Source: Candidatus Flemingiibacterium sp. (GTDB taxonomy: Bacteria > Bacillota > Clostridia > Oscillospirales > CAG-272). Taken from it: a stretch of 51,512 nucleotides of DNA. Under the pieces are notes generated by a model. It did no database searches. It saw only the letters and a list, made by a program, of their open reading frames with translations, and had not been told where the DNA came from. Each line of letters starts with the position of its first letter. Position 1 is the stretch's first letter. The position numbers and the translations under genes are program-made. The stretch is taken from positions 1-51,512 of the forward strand of contig JAZQXA010000110.1 in the NCBI GenBank assembly GCA_045632605.1, written 5' to 3'. This document shows positions 8,862 to 18,539 of the stretch, one piece after another.

Positions 8862-10283
8862 ATGACCGGTGAGATTAAAAAATCATCGCACAATCGCTTG
8901 ATACGCCGTGCGAAACGTAAATATAAAAACCAACGTCAGCTTTCTCCAACGCAGGTTATTCTGTTCGGATTCATACTTTTGATAGTTGTCGGAGCACTGC
9001 TTTTAATGCTTCCCATAGCGTCGGCTGACGGAACTTCAACACCGTTTATCTCATCGCTGTTCACTTCAACAAGTGCAACCTGCGTTACCGGACTTATAGT
9101 TGAAGACACGGGAACTCACTGGAGTCTTTTCGGACAAATCGTAATAATCACACTTATTCAGATAGGCGGACTCGGCTTCATGACTATGGCGGTTATGATG
9201 TCAATATTCATAAAGCGTCAGATAACCCCACGTGAACGTCTGCTTGTTGCACAGTCGCTGGGACTTACCGGTGTCGGAGGGACAGTTAAGCTGGTCAGAC
9301 ACATACTCATCGGTACATTTTCAATTGAAGGTATCGGTGCCGTCATACTCGCCACACAGTTTGTTCCGATATTCGGCTGGGGAAAAGGAATTTATTACGG
9401 AATATTCCATTCGGTTTCGTCGTTCTGCAATGCAGGCTTTGACATTCTTGACGGAACTGCAGGCATTGGAGGAGACTTTTCCAGCTTCACAACACTTAAC
9501 AATAACCCCATAATTACAGTCACGCTTATGGCTCTTATAATCATCGGCGGTATCGGATTCATTATATGGGATGATGTTGTCAACTTTATCCGAGAACGCA
9601 AGCCGTTTTCGGTGTATTCCAAATTTGTCATATCAATCAGTGCCGTGCTGATTATCGGCGGTGCACTTCTTATCGCCCTCTTTGAGTGGAATAATCCCGA
9701 CACTATCGGGAATATGTCGGTCGGCGATAAATTGCTTCAGTCGCTCTTTCAGTCGGTAACAACACGTACTGCCGGAATCGACATGATAAATAATGCCGCA
9801 ATGACAGAGCCGTCAAAGCTTATTTCAATGCTGCTCATGCTCATCGGCGGAGCAAGCGGCTCCACAGCCGGCGGTATTAAAGTAGGAACCTTCGGAGTTG
9901 TTGTGTTTGCAGTGATTGCATTTGCAAAAGGTGAAAAAGACCTTGTTATCCGTCGCCGCCGTGTCCCCCACGAAACAGTGGTACGTGCGCTGACCGTTAT
10001 CGGAATTGACCTTTTTGCGGCATTTGCGGCAACACTAATAATTGCCGGAACAAACAATGTCGGAATAATCAATGCGCTTTACGAGAGCTTTTCCGGTATC
10101 GCAACAGTGGGACTTTCACTGTCGCTGACACCTTTACTTTCTCTTGCCGGACGCATTGCTGTAATAATACTGATGTTTTTCGGAAGAGTCGGAATACTGA
10201 CTGTAACATATTCAATACTTTTAAAGCAAGCAAAGAAAAACAGCCTTATAACATATCCCGAAATAAACATGATGATCGGATAA
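8862..10283 (+). CDS. TrkH/KtrB-family K+ uptake membrane subunit
   Basis: Polytopic protein with repeated selectivity-filter-like loops (SATCVTGL, SFCNAGF, TRTAGI, ATVGLS). The start is moved to the ATG at 8862 because the longer ORF overlaps the previous gene. Confidence 0.9.
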   Translation: MTGEIKKSSHNRLIRRAKRKYKNQRQLSPTQVILFGFILLIVVGALLLMLPIASADGTSTPFISSLFTSTSATCVTGLIVEDTGTHWSLFGQIVIITLIQIGGLGFMTMAVMMSIFIKRQITPRERLLVAQSLGLTGVGGTVKLVRHILIGTFSIEGIGAVILATQFVPIFGWGKGIYYGIFHSVSSFCNAGFDILDGTAGIGGDFSSFTTLNNNPIITVTLMALIIIGGIGFIIWDDVVNFIRERKPFSVYSKFVISISAVLIIGGALLIALFEWNNPDTIGNMSVGDKLLQSLFQSVTTRTAGIDMINNAAMTEPSKLISMLLMLIGGASGSTAGGIKVGTFGVVVFAVIAFAKGEKDLVIRRRRVPHETVVRALTVIGIDLFAAFAATLIIAGTNNVGIINALYESFSGIATVGLSLSLTPLLSLAGRIAVIILMFFGRVGILTVTYSILLKQAKKNSLITYPEINMMIG

Positions 10284-10301
10284 AACAGAAAGGAAGTTTT
10301 T

Positions 10302-10964
10302 ATGAAAAAAACAAACAAACGCAGCTTCTGTATAATCGGACTCGGACGCTTCGGTCAGACTTTAGCGCTAAACCTCGCAAAGACGGGACATCAGGTGCTC
10401 GCAATAGACATTGACGAAAATGTGATCAACGTCATCAGCGACACAGTAACCCATGCGGTTGTCGGCGATCCGACAAACGAGGCGGTACTTCACGCAGCAG
10501 GAGTCGCTGACTATGACTGTGCCGTCGTCGCAACAGCGGAAAATATAAACGACAGCATCCTTACGACAATTCTTCTGAAAGAAATCGGGATAAAACAGGT
10601 CGTTGCAAGAGCCGGAAGCGAACAGCACGGGCGTGTTCTCGAAAAAATCGGTGCCGACATGGTAGTATATCCCGAGCGTGATATGGGCGAAAAGCTTGTT
10701 CACATCCTCGACCGTAACAATGTGCTTGAATATATCGAATTTTCCGACTCACATTCAATAATAGAAATTGCCGTCCCCGGAGAATGGGTCGGAAAGTCGC
10801 TTATTGAGCTTAATGTCCGCCGTCATTACGGCGTAACTGTCCTTGCAGTCGGCGATGAAAACGGAATCACAAACATCTCTCCCGACCCGGCAAGAAAATT
10901 CACTCCAGCAGACACTGTTGCCCTTCTTGGCGAGAATAAAGCCATTGATAAGCTGACAAAGTGA
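10302..10964 (+). CDS. TrkA/KtrA-family K+ uptake regulatory subunit (RCK N and C domains)
   Basis: Rossmann motif IIGLGRFGQTLALNL...AIDID, with a C-terminal RCK_C-like region. It lies immediately after the TrkH-family gene. Confidence 0.9.
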   Translation: MKKTNKRSFCIIGLGRFGQTLALNLAKTGHQVLAIDIDENVINVISDTVTHAVVGDPTNEAVLHAAGVADYDCAVVATAENINDSILTTILLKEIGIKQVVARAGSEQHGRVLEKIGADMVVYPERDMGEKLVHILDRNNVLEYIEFSDSHSIIEIAVPGEWVGKSLIELNVRRHYGVTVLAVGDENGITNISPDPARKFTPADTVALLGENKAIDKLTK

Positions 10965-11013
10965 GGCTATAATACATTTGACGAATGAATCTGCTTTAAT
11001 TTGCAGGCTTGAT

Positions 11014-11051
11014 GATTCCCACCGATACTAATATATCGGTGGGAATCTTTG
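11014..11051 (+). terminator. Rho-independent terminator after the trk pair
   Basis: Stem GATTCCCACCGAT (11014..11026) / ATCGGTGGGAATC (11035..11047), then TTT. Confidence 0.8.
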
Positions 11052-11107
11052 AAAAAATATAAAAGAAATTTTTCAAAAAAATAATAAAAAAATATTTCAA
11101 AAACCTA

Positions 11108-11136
11108 TTGACAAATGCAAAATAAAGTGATATAAT
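11108..11136 (+). promoter_or_regulatory. Consensus sigma-A promoter with A/T-rich UP-like region, driving the tRNA pair
   Basis: TTGACA (11108..11113), 17-nt spacer ending TGA, TATAAT (11131..11136). Long A-tracts lie at 11050..11105. Confidence 0.8.
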
Positions 11137-11155
11137 ATTTCTGTTAACAAAATGT

Positions 11156-11230
11156 GCTGGTGTGGCTCAATGGCAGAGCAGCTGATTTGTAATCAGCAGG
11201 TTGATGGTTCGACTCCGTTCACCAGCTCCA
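11156..11230 (+). tRNA. tRNA-Thr (anticodon UGU)
   Basis: Manual cloverleaf. Acceptor GCTGGTG/CACCAGC. Anticodon stem GCTGA/TCAGC with loop TTTGTAA. TTCGACT T-loop. Encoded CCA. Confidence 0.85.
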
Positions 11231-11233
11231 TAT

Positions 11234-11318
11234 GGGAGCGTTCCCGAGCGGCCAAAGGGGGCAGACTGTAAATCTGTTGTCAGTGACTTCGGTGGTCCGA
11301 ATCCACCCGCTCCCACCA
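11234..11318 (+). tRNA. tRNA-Tyr (anticodon GUA), long variable arm
   Basis: Acceptor GGGAGCG/CGCTCCC. Anticodon loop CTGTAAA. Long extra arm. TCCGAAT T-loop. Encoded CCA. Confidence 0.88.
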
Positions 11319-11320
11319 GA

Positions 11321-11350
11321 AAAAACCACTTGCTTTGCAAGTGGTTTTTT
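11321..11350 (+). terminator. Rho-independent terminator after the tRNA pair
   Basis: Stem CCACTTGC/GCAAGTGG followed by a run of six T. Confidence 0.8.
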
Positions 11351-11448
11351 CAACTAATTCCTTTTAAAAGATTCTTGAACTCCGCTTTTAAAATAAAAAA
11401 CGGATTTAAATTATATACTATAAAAAAACAAAAAGTACGAGGCAAACC

Positions 11449-12222
11449 ATGACCGCAAATTATCACACCCACACCGCACGGTGTCACCATGCATCCGGCA
11501 CCGAGCGAGAATATATCGAAACCGCTATCCGGCGCGGACTCAAAACACTCGGCTTTTCCGATCACAGTCCGCAGTTTTTCCCCACAGACGATTATTATTC
11601 TCATTTTCGTATGCGTCCCGAGGAAACCGACGGCTACGTTAAAACACTGCGTGAGCTTCAACAAGAATACCGCGATGATATCGACATAAAAATCGGATTT
11701 GAAGTTGAATATTATCCCGAAATTTTCGATAAACTGATTGAGTTTCTGAAGCCGTACGATCTTGATTATATTCTTCTCGGTCAGCATTTCATTGAAAATG
11801 AATATGACACTTTCGAGCATTCAACCGGAAAAAACCATACAGATGCACAGCTGAAAATTTATACTGACCAAATACTTGAAGCACTCAAAACCAAAAAATT
11901 CACCTATATCGCCCACCCGGATGTATTCCGCTACGAGGGTGATGAAGCACTGTATGAAGCCGAAGCACGTCGGCTCTGCGAGGGAGCTAAGGCACATGAC
12001 ATCCCTCTCGAAGTAAACTTTCTCGGGCTTGCAGAGGGACGGCACTATCCAAGCGAACGATTCTACCGTATCGCAAAAGAGGTCGGATGTGAATTCGTGT
12101 TTGGCTGTGATGCTCACCGTCCGGACGATGTGCTGAATCCCGACACATACAAAAAAATTTGTGATTTCACAGATTCACTCGGCATCATTCCAACCGAGGA
12201 TATAAAGCTGCATAAAATATAA
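11449..12222 (+). CDS. HisJ-family histidinol-phosphate phosphatase (PHP domain)
   Basis: The N-terminal YHTHTARCHHASGTEREYIETAIRRGLKTLGFSDHSP and later GQHF / AHPD / GCDAH metal-ligand motifs are typical of PHP-type HolPases. Confidence 0.8.
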   Translation: MTANYHTHTARCHHASGTEREYIETAIRRGLKTLGFSDHSPQFFPTDDYYSHFRMRPEETDGYVKTLRELQQEYRDDIDIKIGFEVEYYPEIFDKLIEFLKPYDLDYILLGQHFIENEYDTFEHSTGKNHTDAQLKIYTDQILEALKTKKFTYIAHPDVFRYEGDEALYEAEARRLCEGAKAHDIPLEVNFLGLAEGRHYPSERFYRIAKEVGCEFVFGCDAHRPDDVLNPDTYKKICDFTDSLGIIPTEDIKLHKI

Positions 12223-12247
12223 AAAGGACCTCTAAGGTCCTTTTTTA
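12221..12247. terminator. Bidirectional terminator between convergent genes
   Basis: AAAAAGGACC-TCTAA-GGTCCTTTTTT. Confidence 0.75.
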
Positions 12248-12249
12248 TT

Positions 12250-13095
12250 TCAAGAATAAATATTTTTTATCTCGTCATCAATGCGGCTTCCGTCTGAAAG
12301 TAACTGTTCAAGTTGTTCCTCATCTCCGGATTTCATTGCATCCGCATATTCGAGAAGATTTTTTGCAAGCAGCTCAATTTCCGGCACTAACATATCGCGA
12401 TTAGCCATAAAAAGCTCGCTCCACATCTTTGCATTAAGATGTGCAACCCTCGTTAAATCACGAAAGCTTCCTGCCGAATAGCCGTGATGTGCTTTAGCCG
12501 TGGGACTCTTTACATAAGCATTTGAAAGCACATGAGCAAGCTGTGATGTGTAGGCTATAATTCTGTCATGCTCCTTTGCCGTGGTAACACTTACACCAGA
12601 AAATCCTACCGCCTTAAAAAATTTCACCGCAAAATCAAGCTTTGACACATCAATGCTTTCCGGCGGAACAAGTATCATCGGAGCATTTTTATAAAGATTT
12701 TCACGTGATGCGGAAAAACCCGAAAACTGTGTTCCTGCCATCGGATGACCGCCTATAAACGTGAATCCGTATTTTTCTGCCGCCGCAAAACCCGACTCAC
12801 AAACAACACGTTTGACACCGCCGAGGTCAAAAACAAACGAGTCTTTCGCGATTTTTTCCGCGTGATTATTTATAAAATCCACACTCGCACCGGGATATGC
12901 CGCAAGTATAATTACGTCAAAGCCACAAAGCTCCGGTAACTTATCCGTCGCTTCGTCGCACGCACCGACAAGCACCGCCTTACGTGCTGAATTTATGTCA
13001 ACATCATAACCAACGACATAATGCTCGGTATAAAATTTCAGCGCACGTGCAAATGAGCCGCCAATAAGCCCAAGTCCGCAAATAAGAATTTTCAT
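12250..13095 (-). CDS. tyrA: Prephenate dehydrogenase
   Basis: N-terminal Rossmann motif KILICGLGLIGGSFA. It also has the GGHPMAG motif and the C-terminal helical dimerisation domain pattern. Confidence 0.85.
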   Translation of the reverse strand: MKILICGLGLIGGSFARALKFYTEHYVVGYDVDINSARKAVLVGACDEATDKLPELCGFDVIILAAYPGASVDFINNHAEKIAKDSFVFDLGGVKRVVCESGFAAAEKYGFTFIGGHPMAGTQFSGFSASRENLYKNAPMILVPPESIDVSKLDFAVKFFKAVGFSGVSVTTAKEHDRIIAYTSQLAHVLSNAYVKSPTAKAHHGYSAGSFRDLTRVAHLNAKMWSELFMANRDMLVPEIELLAKNLLEYADAMKSGDEEQLEQLLSDGSRIDDEIKNIYS

Positions 13096-13105
13096 GGTTT
13101 TTCCT

Positions 13106-14590
13106 TTACTTCACTCTCGCAAGCTTCGCCGCCGCGGCAGTGAGAATTTCCTCGCGCTCATCATAGTGGACATATTCTCCCTCGATGAGCTGATACTGCT
13201 CGTGTCCCTTTCCTGCAAAAAGTATACAGTCACCGTCACGAGCATTGTCTATAGCATAACGCACCGCTTCACGGCGGTCATCAAACGTAACATACGGGCA
13301 TGAGGTCGCCGCAAAACTCTTTTCAATATCTGCGATTATTTCGTGCGGCGGTTCAAAGTCGGGATTGTCGCTCGTTATGATGCAGAAATCAGCCAGTGCC
13401 GATACAGCCTCTCCCATCTCCGCACGTCTTTGTTTTGTCCGTCCGCCGACCGAGCCGAAAAGCACAACAAGCCTTGTCGGCTGATAACGGCGTATCGTTT
13501 CAAGTGCGGCACGCATAGAAACCTCATTATGAGCATAGTCAATTACAGTAACAGCATTCGGCAGAGCGTCAACGATTTCAAAACGCCCTCTCACCGCCGC
13601 CGCAGACAGTGCCTCGCGTATTACCTCCGGCTTTATCTGCATACGCTCGGCAACAGCAATCGCCGCAAGCGCATTGTAAACATTAAATTCACCCGGCATA
13701 CGAAGCTCATACTCATTTTCGCCAAGCACACTGCGGCAGACAAAACGTGAGCCGAGTATATTACCGCTTTTTTGTATCTTAATATCACGTGCAGTTATAT
13801 CGTGCGGCAGTTCGGGATTTACGCCAAATGTGGTATTTATTGATTTCGCACTGCGGATAATATCGGTATAATGTGCGTCGTCCGAATTGAAAATACCGTA
13901 CCTGCACTGCGCGAAAAGTGCCGCTTTGCATTCCATATAATGCTCAAATGTCGGATGCTCAACTCCGCCAATATGGTCAGGAGATAGATTAGTGAAAACA
14001 CCGATATGAAAATGGATTCCGGCGACACGGCGCATATACATTGCCTGGCTCGAAACCTCCATTACAACGCACGAAACGCCCTTTTCCACCATCTCACGGA
14101 ACGCCTTATGGAGCTCATAGCTTTCGGGAGTGGTGTTCTTTGTCGGCTTGTGCTCGCCGTTTATAACAATTCCCGTCGTGCCGATATACGCAGTGTTTAT
14201 TCCTCCGCGGCAGAGCACATCGGCGATGAGCGAAGCAGTTGTGGTCTTGCCCTTTGTTCCGGTTATTCCGATAACCGCAAGTGAACGTGCGGGATATTCA
14301 AAGAATGCCGCAGATGCAAGCGCAAGTGCCGCACGGGTGTCAGAAACGATAATCTGCGCAGCATCGCCCGGAAGCTCTAATTTACGTTCTGCCATAAACA
14401 CACGGCATCCCGAAGAATAAGCCCCCGAGGCAAAATTATGTCCGTCAGCCGCCGCACCGACAAGACAAACGAACATCGTCCCCGCAACGGCTTTTCGGGA
14501 ATCGTAAACTATATCCGAAATAGGCAGGCCGTCAATATCCGCACCGTATACCGAGTATTCAATGTCCGGAAGAATTTCAGTCAGAAGCAT
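13106..14590 (-). CDS. murE: UDP-N-acetylmuramoyl-L-alanyl-D-glutamate--diamino-acid ligase (MurE)
   Basis: Mur ligase P-loop GITGTKGKTTT, the central domain and a C-terminal domain with TSDNPDFE. The start is set at the ATG at 14590, which has AAAGGAG 8 nt upstream. The ORF track starts at the GTG at 14614. Confidence 0.9.
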   Translation of the reverse strand: MLLTEILPDIEYSVYGADIDGLPISDIVYDSRKAVAGTMFVCLVGAAADGHNFASGAYSSGCRVFMAERKLELPGDAAQIIVSDTRAALALASAAFFEYPARSLAVIGITGTKGKTTTASLIADVLCRGGINTAYIGTTGIVINGEHKPTKNTTPESYELHKAFREMVEKGVSCVVMEVSSQAMYMRRVAGIHFHIGVFTNLSPDHIGGVEHPTFEHYMECKAALFAQCRYGIFNSDDAHYTDIIRSAKSINTTFGVNPELPHDITARDIKIQKSGNILGSRFVCRSVLGENEYELRMPGEFNVYNALAAIAVAERMQIKPEVIREALSAAAVRGRFEIVDALPNAVTVIDYAHNEVSMRAALETIRRYQPTRLVVLFGSVGGRTKQRRAEMGEAVSALADFCIITSDNPDFEPPHEIIADIEKSFAATSCPYVTFDDRREAVRYAIDNARDGDCILFAGKGHEQYQLIEGEYVHYDEREEILTAAAAKLARVK

Positions 14591-14610
14591 AAAAAGATTA
14601 TCTCCTTTTA

Positions 14611-15327
14611 TCACTCAAAAATAGTTTGCTTTCCAAAAGCTCTGATAGTTGAAAGCGCAAGACACTCAAGCGAATCCACATAAAATTCGCCAAGTGATTC
14701 ATTTTTCTTTATAAGCGACAGCTCCGTACAGCCGAGAATAAGCCTTTCACAGCCAAGTGAGCGCATATCGTGTGCCACACTGTAAAAGCTCTCCATGTCA
14801 GCACGTTTGCCGCATTTTATCTGATTGTAGATTATATCCATAATGCGCGCCTGATTTTGAGCATCGGGGACGATACATTCAATTTCGTGATTCTCGCAGT
14901 ATTTCTGATATGTATGCGAGTTCACCGTTCCGTCGGTCGCGAGCAAACCGAAGCGTTTTATTCCCTTTGCCTTAAGCGTTTTTACCGATTCCTCGATTAT
15001 GTTGAGTATCGGAACATCAATCTCGGCGGCAAGACGGTCGTAAAAATAATGCGCCGTATTGCAGGGGATAGCGATAATATCCGCACCAAACTCAACAAGC
15101 CGTTTCGCATCGGGAATCATTTTGTCAAGCGGATTTTCGTCCGATTTTCCCGTGATAAACGCCGTACGGTCAGCAGTCGTTGCGCGGCTTGATATTACAG
15201 TGTCAATATGGTCCTGGTCACAGTCAGCCTTTGTCAGCGAGGTGATAAGCTCATAAAAATATACCGTTGACATCGGCCCAAGACCGCCGAGAATTCCAAG
15301 CAAATTTGCTTTTTTATTCTTTTCCAT
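14611..15327 (-). CDS. Asp/Glu-family amino-acid racemase (aspartate racemase-like)
   Basis: 238 aa with GILGGLGPMST and the two catalytic Cys motifs IPCNTAH and LGCTELS. Its start overlaps the upstream ATP-grasp gene by 14 nt. Confidence 0.85.
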   Translation of the reverse strand: MEKNKKANLLGILGGLGPMSTVYFYELITSLTKADCDQDHIDTVISSRATTADRTAFITGKSDENPLDKMIPDAKRLVEFGADIIAIPCNTAHYFYDRLAAEIDVPILNIIEESVKTLKAKGIKRFGLLATDGTVNSHTYQKYCENHEIECIVPDAQNQARIMDIIYNQIKCGKRADMESFYSVAHDMRSLGCERLILGCTELSLIKKNESLGEFYVDSLECLALSTIRAFGKQTIFE

Positions 15328-16549
15328 AATACTTCTTAAACTTTCCGTAATGATTGTATCCGTGCATCAAAAGGAAGAATACACGGCGCGGATTCATAAA
15401 TGTATCTGGGCGATACCAGAGTGAAGCATTTGACTTTTTCGCCTTTGCGAGTGCCTTTGCCTTTTTGACCGCCTCTTTGTCGCGGCAATACTCATAAACG
15501 ACGCCCTTCGGTACGCTGTGCCAAAGAACTTCATTATCACAGAAATAAGTTTCGCCGAGGTCTTTTCCCTCAACAAGGTCATCGACAATATACTTTGCCA
15601 CATTGCAGCCTGCACTTGTAACATAATTGTTGCTTCGACCAAGGCGGAGATTAATCTCAAACGCACGGAATGTTCCGTCACGCCCGTCGTATTTTATATC
15701 GAAATTCGAATAACCGACAAAGCCGATTTCCTCTAAATATTCCTTGAATTTTTCCATCAGCGGACGGTCAAGTTCCGATATGATGGCACAGTGATTTCCA
15801 AGTCCCTTCGGCGTATGCTCTTCAAGCAGAACATGACCGAGACACATCATCTTGACCTTGCCGTTTTTGTCGGAATAAGCGGTAAGCACACGCATATTCG
15901 CATCGTCGCCCGGAATCATATCCTGAAGAATAATTTTTTCGGGATATCCGGCTTCGTAGATTCGCTCGATAATAATTTTCGCTTCGAGCGCACTTGATGC
16001 CGTGTAAACCTTTTTCATTCCGTCGAACGGATGCTTCCAATAAGGTGCACTTGCAGAAGGCTTCACGATGATTGGATATTTAAATCCGATTACTTCCTCA
16101 TCAAGTGCCGTCTCAAGGTCGGTTTCCGGAGTAACCACCGCCGTCTTCGGATAAAGTATCCCGTGGCGGTCACAGTCCTCGTAAAAGTTCGCCTTGTAAG
16201 CCAAGCGCTCAAACAAATCTGCTCCGATATAAGGAACAATATATCTCGGGCGCAGGCGGTCACCGTGATGAATCAGCATATCGGCATAATCATCCGTGCA
16301 GCCAAACGCAATAAGAGTTGCGCCCTCGTGCTCATCTGCAAAACGCATAAGCGTTTCGACCATAACATCCGGCTCGTCGAGCTTTTCGACTGCGGTGAAT
16401 TTTATGATTCTGGTATAATTTGACGCTCCGATTGCGTAACGTCCGAACGCATAAGATTTCACTCCGTACTCCTCGTGAAAGGCACGTGCGACATTGTAGC
16501 AGTTAAGGTCGGCACCGAGCAGTACGGGAATTATATTTCTATTGTCCAT
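15314..16549 (-). CDS. ATP-grasp carboxylate-amine ligase (D-aspartate ligase-like)
   Basis: 411 aa. The N-terminus IPVLLGADLNCYNVARAFHEEYG and the central ATP-grasp core (YPIIVKPS..., ILQDMIPG, FEINLRLGRSN) resemble Asl-type ligases as I remember them. The operon context with a racemase supports this. Confidence 0.65.
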   Translation of the reverse strand: MDNRNIIPVLLGADLNCYNVARAFHEEYGVKSYAFGRYAIGASNYTRIIKFTAVEKLDEPDVMVETLMRFADEHEGATLIAFGCTDDYADMLIHHGDRLRPRYIVPYIGADLFERLAYKANFYEDCDRHGILYPKTAVVTPETDLETALDEEVIGFKYPIIVKPSASAPYWKHPFDGMKKVYTASSALEAKIIIERIYEAGYPEKIILQDMIPGDDANMRVLTAYSDKNGKVKMMCLGHVLLEEHTPKGLGNHCAIISELDRPLMEKFKEYLEEIGFVGYSNFDIKYDGRDGTFRAFEINLRLGRSNNYVTSAGCNVAKYIVDDLVEGKDLGETYFCDNEVLWHSVPKGVVYEYCRDKEAVKKAKALAKAKKSNASLWYRPDTFMNPRRVFFLLMHGYNHYGKFKKYYGKE

Positions 16550-16590
16550 TTGAATGTCCTTTATTTGATATTATGTTTTAAAATCGCAAG

Positions 16591-18426
16591 TCATGCTTCC
16601 GTCACAAAGAAACGGCGATACCAGGTGAGGAAAACATATACTGTCCAGATTCTCCGTCCGTTGTTCGCCTTGCCCGATTTATGCTCATCGAGCAGTGAAA
16701 CAAGCTTTTCCGTGTCAAAAAATTCCTTTGCCTCATCGCTGGTAAATTCGTCTTTAACAAGATTATAATACTTCTCCTCTGCCAGCCAATATCGAATTGG
16801 CACCGGGAATCCCATCTTCTTGCGGTCTGCCCACTCGTCGGGGAGCGTACGGTTTGCCGCCTTGCGGAAAATGTATTTTGTATTCTTGCCGTTTATCTTA
16901 TATTCATGCGGCAGAGCCTGCGCCTGCTCCATAACCTTTTTGTCGAGGAACGGCACACGAAGCTCGACCGAGCTTGCCATACTCATCTTGTCGGCTTTAA
17001 GGAGTATATCGCCCGGAAGCCAAAGATTAAGGTCAAGATACTGTTTTTTGTCAAGTTCGGATTTGCCTTTTACTCTCGAATATATCGGGGCGGTAACTTC
17101 TTTTACCGACGGGCCTTTGCGATATTCGCTCTTCAGCACGGAAAGTGCATCCTTCTCGTCCCAGACCATCGCCTGACCGATGAAATAATCCTCGGGGTTT
17201 CCGCTTGACTTTATTATGAAATCGTGCCCCTTGAAATACGGTAATTTCTTTGCAACAGCCGCCGCCGCAACTCGAATAAATTTCGGCAAACGCTTGTATT
17301 TTTTCATCATACCGGCTTCGTCGTACCACTCATATCCGGCGTATATTTCATCCGCCCCCTCACCTGACAGCACAACTGTTACGTGCTCTCTGGCAAGCTT
17401 TGCGAGAAAATAAAGCGGCAGACACGATGGATTCGACTGCGGCTCATCCATGTAATATTCGATGTCAGAAAGGTTGTCGAAGCATTCGTCGGCAGTTATC
17501 AGCTTACGGTAATTTTCGATTCCGAGCTTGTCCGACAGCTCTTTCGCATAGTCGGTTTCGTTGAATTTATCGTAGTCAAAGCCGACAGAAAAGGTCTTGT
17601 CCGGCATAAGGCAAGCAGTAATATAGCTTGAATCGACACCGCCTGATAAGAACGAACCAACCTTTACATCACTGATTCTATGTGCTTCAACCGACTCATG
17701 TACAGCACGGTCAATTTCATCGACATAACGGTCAAAATCGCCGGGAACTTCCGTAAAATCGGCATCCCAATAGCGTGTAACTTTAAGCTCCTCGCCGAAT
17801 TTCAGGGTAAAGCTGTGAGCCGGCGGAAGCTTATATACGCCCTCAAAAAATGTTTCGTCGAGTGAGGAATACTGGAATGTAAGATAAGGTCGAAGCGCAT
17901 TTTTGTTGAGCTTTTTCACAAATTTCGGGTGTTCGAGGAATGCCTTTATCTCCGAGCCGAAAACATAGTCTCCGTCCTCGGTGCGATAGTAGTAAAACGG
18001 CTTTATGCCAAAGATATCACGCGCACCGTAAACGGTTCCCTTTTTCATATCGTAGATAACAAACGCATACATTCCGCGAAGATGCTCAGCGAGCTTTTCT
18101 CCCCATTTTTCGTATCCGTGAACAAGCACTTCTGTGTCAGTTTCAGTCGAGAATACATGACCGTCGGCAATAAGCTCCTCACGAAGCTCCATGAAATTGT
18201 AGGTTTCGCCGTTATAAACGATAACAACACTGCCGTCCTCGTTATAAATCGGCTGGGAACCGCCGCCGAGGTCGATTATCGACAGACGTCGAAAGCCGAG
18301 CGCGATATCATCAGATATAAATTCGCCCTCGGAATCGGGACCGCGGTGAACAATGCGGCCCATCATTTTATTGAGTATTTCTTTTTTATTTTCGAGCTTT
18401 CCGGAAAAGCCCACAAATCCACACAT
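16591..18426 (-). CDS. asnB: Asparagine synthase (glutamine-hydrolysing) family amidotransferase
   Basis: MCGFVGF N-terminal nucleophile Cys, a GATase-2 domain, and the PP-loop SFLSGGVDSS in the synthetase domain. 611 aa. Confidence 0.9.
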   Translation of the reverse strand: MCGFVGFSGKLENKKEILNKMMGRIVHRGPDSEGEFISDDIALGFRRLSIIDLGGGSQPIYNEDGSVVIVYNGETYNFMELREELIADGHVFSTETDTEVLVHGYEKWGEKLAEHLRGMYAFVIYDMKKGTVYGARDIFGIKPFYYYRTEDGDYVFGSEIKAFLEHPKFVKKLNKNALRPYLTFQYSSLDETFFEGVYKLPPAHSFTLKFGEELKVTRYWDADFTEVPGDFDRYVDEIDRAVHESVEAHRISDVKVGSFLSGGVDSSYITACLMPDKTFSVGFDYDKFNETDYAKELSDKLGIENYRKLITADECFDNLSDIEYYMDEPQSNPSCLPLYFLAKLAREHVTVVLSGEGADEIYAGYEWYDEAGMMKKYKRLPKFIRVAAAAVAKKLPYFKGHDFIIKSSGNPEDYFIGQAMVWDEKDALSVLKSEYRKGPSVKEVTAPIYSRVKGKSELDKKQYLDLNLWLPGDILLKADKMSMASSVELRVPFLDKKVMEQAQALPHEYKINGKNTKYIFRKAANRTLPDEWADRKKMGFPVPIRYWLAEEKYYNLVKDEFTSDEAKEFFDTEKLVSLLDEHKSGKANNGRRIWTVYVFLTWYRRFFVTEA

Positions 18427-18539
18427 GATAACTCTCCTATGGGATAAAATTTTGTTTTAAGCATTAATTATTATATTATATCACAAAAAAACACAAAAAT
18501 AAAGTGGAAAACTGTAAATTCATTAACAAAAGCAAAAAA

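Noticed and set aside
17929-18447. 172-aa plus-strand ORF, plus several 60-130-aa ORFs across 16820..18230
   Set aside because: All are antisense to asnB, whose identity is unambiguous (MCGF... and the PP-loop).
18427-18539. Possible T-box or attenuator upstream of asnB
   Set aside because: The leader is only a few tens of nt after the likely -10. That is far too short for a T-box, and there is no specifier/antiterminator structure.
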